DNA from: an uncultured Myxococcales bacterium
GTDB lineage: Bacteria > Myxococcota > UBA4151
DNA: 40,852 bases
Direction: 5' to 3'
Assembly: GCA_964013405.1 (NCBI GenBank)
Contig: CAXGWI010000019.1
Coordinates: forward strand, 1 to 40,852
Numbering within the stretch: position 1 is the first letter of the stretch; the number at the start of each line of letters is the position of its first letter. The position numbers and the translations under genes were made by a program. The notes beneath the pieces are model-generated. The model was given only the letters and a program-made list of their open reading frames with translations. It ran no database searches and was not told the origin of the DNA. This document shows positions 36,985 through 40,852 of the stretch, in pieces.

Positions 36985-38529
36985 ATGGCTCGCTTGTTGA
37001 TGATGCTGACTTTGTTTCTAGCCGGGCCGGTCTACGCATTTTCTCTGCCTGGACAACCGCCGGCGCAGCCCCCCAAAGCCCCCAGCGAACAAAAGAAGCG
37101 GCCCGAGCTCAGCCCAGAGGAATTGCAAAAGAAGTTAGCGGCCGGGGCCGAGGCGGCCCGGGAGAAGCAGGCGTCTTGGGCCGCTACCGATGGGGCCCTC
37201 CCCCAACGGGATGAGGCCCGAGGCTCCATTTATCGACTGGAGTTGAAGGGTGGGATCACTCAGAGCACCAGCGAATATGTTCTTCAGGGGATTCAGAAGG
37301 CCAAAGAGCGGCGTGCTGAAGCGCTGGTCATCGTCCTCGATACCCCCGGCGGCCTGCTTCAAGCCACTCGAGAGATGGTGTCGGCCTTTCTTGCTAGCCC
37401 GGTTCCCATCATCGTTTGGGTGGGACCCGGTGGGGCCCGGGCTGGATCAGCTGGCGTTTTTATCACCGTTGCAGCCCATGTCGCCGCCATGGCCCCTGGG
37501 ACAAATATCGGGGCGGCCCATCCGGTCTCGGGCATGGGTGGCGACATCGAAGGGGAGATGGACCGGAAGGTGACCAATGATACCGCTGCGTGGGCTCGAT
37601 CCATCGCAACCTTGCGGGGGCGGAATGCGGCCTGGGCCGATCAGGCGGTCCGGAGCAGTGATTCGATTCCCGAAACAGAGGCTGAAAAGTTAGCGGTCAT
37701 CGACCTGGTCGTGTCCAGTGAAACCCAATTAATGCAACAACTTCACGGTCGAGTGGTGGAGGTCGAAGGGGAGCGCTATCGGCTGGTCACCAAGGGCGTG
37801 CCCGTTGAAACCATCGAGATGACGGGCGCCCAGAAGCTCGTGCAGTTTCTCGCCAATCCTAATCTGGCCTACATCCTGTTTCTGGTGGGCATGTTTGGGA
37901 TCTTTCTCGAGTTCAAGGTCCCCGGACTGATCATTCCCGGCGTGGTGGGGGCCGTTTGCCTGGCCCTTGTTCTGGGGGTGCAGGTGATGCCGGTGAACTG
38001 GTTTGCTGTGCTCTTGATCGTGCTGGCTTGCGTCTGTTTTGTCGCCGAGATCTACGTAACGAGCTTTGGCGCGCTGACGGCTTTGGGCGTTTTCTGTCTC
38101 GTTTCTGGTTCCTACTTGTTGTTCGACGTGCCCGGCTCCGACTTCCGCGTGGATCATGGGTTGATTTGGGGGGCTGCCGCCGGATTTACCCTCCTTGCGG
38201 TGTCTATTGGCACTTTGCTGATGCGTAGCTTCCGCCAAGCACCTCTCTCGGGGCGGGAGGCCATGGCAGGCCTTGTTGTGGACGTGTACCGGGCCATCCC
38301 GGCGGGCGGTGAGGGCAAGGTGATCATGCAGGGAACCTTTTGGAATGCGGTGAGCGATTTACCAGCCCCGGCTGGAAGTCAGGTCCGCGTCGTAGAGATG
38401 GATGGGTTGACGGCACGAGTTCAGCCGATCGAAGGGTCGCCGGCAGAAACGGAGGGCGCCGAAGAGGAAGCTCTTGCATCGCCGCTCGACGAGTCCAATA
38501 CCGAAACCGAATCCGAAACCGAATCTTAA
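36985..38529 (+). CDS. nfeD: NfeD long form (ClpP-like serine protease, TM region, OB domain)
   Basis: LDTPGG, RAGSAG, MAPGTNIGAAHP, RKVTND, RGRN..WA, TM helices, C-terminal GKV..GTFWNA. Confidence 0.92.
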   Translation: MARLLMMLTLFLAGPVYAFSLPGQPPAQPPKAPSEQKKRPELSPEELQKKLAAGAEAAREKQASWAATDGALPQRDEARGSIYRLELKGGITQSTSEYVLQGIQKAKERRAEALVIVLDTPGGLLQATREMVSAFLASPVPIIVWVGPGGARAGSAGVFITVAAHVAAMAPGTNIGAAHPVSGMGGDIEGEMDRKVTNDTAAWARSIATLRGRNAAWADQAVRSSDSIPETEAEKLAVIDLVVSSETQLMQQLHGRVVEVEGERYRLVTKGVPVETIEMTGAQKLVQFLANPNLAYILFLVGMFGIFLEFKVPGLIIPGVVGAVCLALVLGVQVMPVNWFAVLLIVLACVCFVAEIYVTSFGALTALGVFCLVSGSYLLFDVPGSDFRVDHGLIWGAAAGFTLLAVSIGTLLMRSFRQAPLSGREAMAGLVVDVYRAIPAGGEGKVIMQGTFWNAVSDLPAPAGSQVRVVEMDGLTARVQPIEGSPAETEGAEEEALASPLDESNTETESETES

Positions 38530-38541
38530 GGGAGAGCCATC

Positions 38542-39288
38542 ATGGTTCCTGTTTATGTTGTTCTCGCCATCGTCGTTCTCGCCCTGCTGAGTGGGGTGCG
38601 TGTGTTACAAGAGTACGAACGTGGGGTGGTGTTTCGCCTGGGTAAATGCATGCCCGTGGTCCGGGAGCCAGGCCTCAACTTGATCATCCCCTTCGGGATC
38701 GACCAGATGTTGAAGATCGACCTTCGCGTCGTCACCATGGATGTTCCGCCTCAGGATGTGATCACGCGGGACAACGTCTCGGTGAAGGTTAACGCTGTGG
38801 TCTACTTCCAGGTGGTCGATTCCCGTAAGGCTGTTCTAGAGGTGGAGAACTACCTCTACGCCACAAACCAGTTGGCCCAGACCACGCTCCGCTCCGTTTG
38901 CGGTCAGCAGGAGTTGGATTTCCTTCTTACGGAAAGGGATGACCTCAACGAATCGATTCAGGGCATCTTGGATCGGGCCACGGACCCCTGGGGGGTGAAA
39001 GTGACGCTGGTGGAGGTGAAGCAAATCGATCTTCCCCAAGAGATGCAGCGGGCGATGGCCAAGCAAGCCGAAGCTGAGCGTGAGCGGCGAGCGAAGGTCA
39101 TTCACGCGAAGGGCGAGCAACAGGCAGCAGCGCTTCTGAGTGAGGCTGCAGATCAAATGGCATCGAATCCGATCACGATCCAGCTGCGCTACCTACAAAC
39201 TTTGAGCGAGATCGCCACAGAGAACAACTCGACGACTTTGTTCCCGATCCCGATCAACCTTTTCAATAAGCTACTCGAAAAGGGCTAA
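38542..39288 (+). CDS. SPFH/stomatin-like (slipin) protein
   Basis: [53 protein letters not shown]. Confidence 0.95.
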   Translation: MVPVYVVLAIVVLALLSGVRVLQEYERGVVFRLGKCMPVVREPGLNLIIPFGIDQMLKIDLRVVTMDVPPQDVITRDNVSVKVNAVVYFQVVDSRKAVLEVENYLYATNQLAQTTLRSVCGQQELDFLLTERDDLNESIQGILDRATDPWGVKVTLVEVKQIDLPQEMQRAMAKQAEAERERRAKVIHAKGEQQAAALLSEAADQMASNPITIQLRYLQTLSEIATENNSTTLFPIPINLFNKLLEKG

Positions 39289-40658
39289 TGACGATCGTCC
39301 ATTGAAAGCCCTGGGTCGCCCATCACCGTGTCCATCTGCCGCTCGCTGAGGTCGAGCCAGTGGTCGCCGGCTAGCCTGTACATGCCAAGGACGGCTCGGA
39401 TTAGGAGCCAAAGCGCCACCGCCCACCAGAGGTTCGCAAGGCTCGAGGGCAGACTATAGAGGGCGAGAGGAAAGCCTAGGAGACTGGCAATTGCCATCTG
39501 CCAGGTTAGAAAACGGTGATCGCCAGCACCCTGTAGCATTCCATCGCTGACAAAGGCTCCCACGCCGAGGGGAATCTGGGCGAGGAGGGGTAAGGCCAGC
39601 CCAGCAAAGGCGAGGTGTGCACTGCCATCGAGCCCAAAAGCCACGGGTAGCCAGGGCCAGGCCCAGTACAAGACGATGCCGAGGCCCCCGGCACCCAGGA
39701 GGCAAAGCCGGTTGAGCCGCCAAGCGAGTTGCCGGGTGCCCTGCCGGTCGCCGCTGCCCAAGAGATGGCTGCCATAGGCCTGGCCCGCGAGGGCAAAGCC
39801 ATCGATGCTAAAGGCGATGAGGAGCCACATTTGCAGGGCCAGGCCATGGGCGCCCAATGCCTCCGTTCCAAAGCCTTCGGCGATGACACTGGTCACGATC
39901 AGGGTGATGTTCAAGAGGCATCCCCGCAACAGGGCCGCGCCACCAAGACTTAGGGAAAGGCTGAGCCCGCTGGAGAGGCGCTGATCACGAATAGCATGCC
40001 ATTGGCCCCGAAACTCAAGGAGGCCTTGGCGCCGAAGATGGCGCCAGCAAATCACGATCCCCAAAAGGGGGGTCAGTGCCGAGGCCAGGGCGAGCCCTCC
40101 GAGCCCCAAGGGGAGGTAGAGACAGAAGAGCAGGTCGAGCGCAGCATTGGCGACCAGGATCGCGGTGGTGGCCCACAGCGGCGTCCACGCATCCTTCTCC
40201 ACGTTACGGTGGATGGCGACGAGGACTTGGAAGACGAGGATGAGGGGCAAGCCGAGCAGGCGAACCCCCAGGTAATGGGCAGCGCCCTCAGTGGTGGCTC
40301 GACTTTGGGCGAGGAAGCCACAGATCCCCTCCAATCCGGCCACGATCGGGACGATGAGAAGCAGTCCAATAGCGGTTGCAGCGAGCACCGCTTCGCCGCC
40401 GAGACGGGCCACGTCTTCCCGCCGTTTTGCACCCTCGAGGCGACCAAGGACGCCTGGGAGCCCCCCGATGAGTTGCATCACCACCCAGCCCACCCCACCG
40501 GCGAGCGCGCTGCCAAGCACCAAGCCAGCGAGATCCTGCGAACTGATGCGGGCGCCGACAGCGGTATCGACCAGTGAGATCAAAGGCCCCACGGTGCTCG
40601 CGAGAATGCTTCCCGTGATGAACGAGGCACTGGGGCTCGGTCTGTCTTGCTCGACCAT
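39285..40658 (-). CDS. MATE family efflux transporter (DinF-like)
   Basis: About 12 TM helices; [32 protein letters not shown]. Confidence 0.85.
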   Translation of the reverse strand: MVEQDRPSPSASFITGSILASTVGPLISLVDTAVGARISSQDLAGLVLGSALAGGVGWVVMQLIGGLPGVLGRLEGAKRREDVARLGGEAVLAATAIGLLLIVPIVAGLEGICGFLAQSRATTEGAAHYLGVRLLGLPLILVFQVLVAIHRNVEKDAWTPLWATTAILVANAALDLLFCLYLPLGLGGLALASALTPLLGIVICWRHLRRQGLLEFRGQWHAIRDQRLSSGLSLSLSLGGAALLRGCLLNITLIVTSVIAEGFGTEALGAHGLALQMWLLIAFSIDGFALAGQAYGSHLLGSGDRQGTRQLAWRLNRLCLLGAGGLGIVLYWAWPWLPVAFGLDGSAHLAFAGLALPLLAQIPLGVGAFVSDGMLQGAGDHRFLTWQMAIASLLGFPLALYSLPSSLANLWWAVALWLLIRAVLGMYRLAGDHWLDLSERQMDTVMGDPGLSMDDRH

Positions 40659-40718
40659 GGGCCAATTTTGGCCCAGGTCAGCGCTGGCGAAAAGGAATGC
40701 TTCCAGCCCTCGCCCAAC

Positions 40719-40753
40719 AAAAAAAAGAAAAGACCCCGAAGCCGGGGCCCTTT
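40719..40753 (-). terminator. Intrinsic terminator
   Basis: Minus strand AAAGGGCCCCG-GCTT-CGGGGTCTTT hairpin followed by TCTTTTTTTT, shortly after a TAA. Confidence 0.85.
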
Positions 40754-40774
40754 CCTTTGCTGAGCGTGTTTCGC

Positions 40775-40852
40775 TTAGCGGATGTTCCTGATCGACGTCA
40801 TGCTCATGTCGTGCATGGTCTTCAGCATGTTGGAGATCAAGTCGTGGATCTC
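40775..40852 (-). CDS. 3' end of a gene entering from the right edge (…EIHDLISNMLKTMHDMSMTSIRNIR*)
   Basis: Open frame from 40852 to TAA at 40775-40777 with GC-ending codons, followed by a terminator. Not in the ORF track. Confidence 0.7.
   Translation of the reverse strand, partial: EIHDLISNMLKTMHDMSMTSIRNIR

Overview
GC-rich bacterial chromosomal segment, most likely from a Myxococcota-type deltaproteobacterium (myxobacterial Cys-rich repeats, a MYXO-CTERM tail), probably Na+-adapted or marine given a complete Na+-NQR. Content in order: a large Cys-rich-repeat lipoprotein running off the left edge (absent from the ORF track), purB, a yhhQ-folB-pteridine-reductase-like operon, a MYXO-CTERM protein, xth-ATL, four tRNAs (Pro-Arg-His-Lys), a TM-GAF-PAS adenylate cyclase, ald-moaB-FAD oxidoreductase-rdgB, CAP protein-queF-bi-domain oxidoreductase, a CNNM/CorC gene with a structured leader, apbE-nqrM-amgK-murU-deacetylase-acyltransferase-SDR, a four-gene opposite-strand block between nqrF and apbE (large lipoprotein, signal-less BtuF-like protein, two paralogous TolQ/ExbB-like membrane proteins), nqrABCDEF, a fructosamine-kinase-like gene, nfeD-stomatin, a MATE pump, and the 3' end of a gene with a T3SS-filament-like C-terminus. 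No CRISPR, integrase, transposase or rRNA was seen. The best candidates for undescribed biology are the four-gene block, the yhhQ-folB-SDR operon and the CNNM leader. All calls are by-eye motif recognition, with no database searches.
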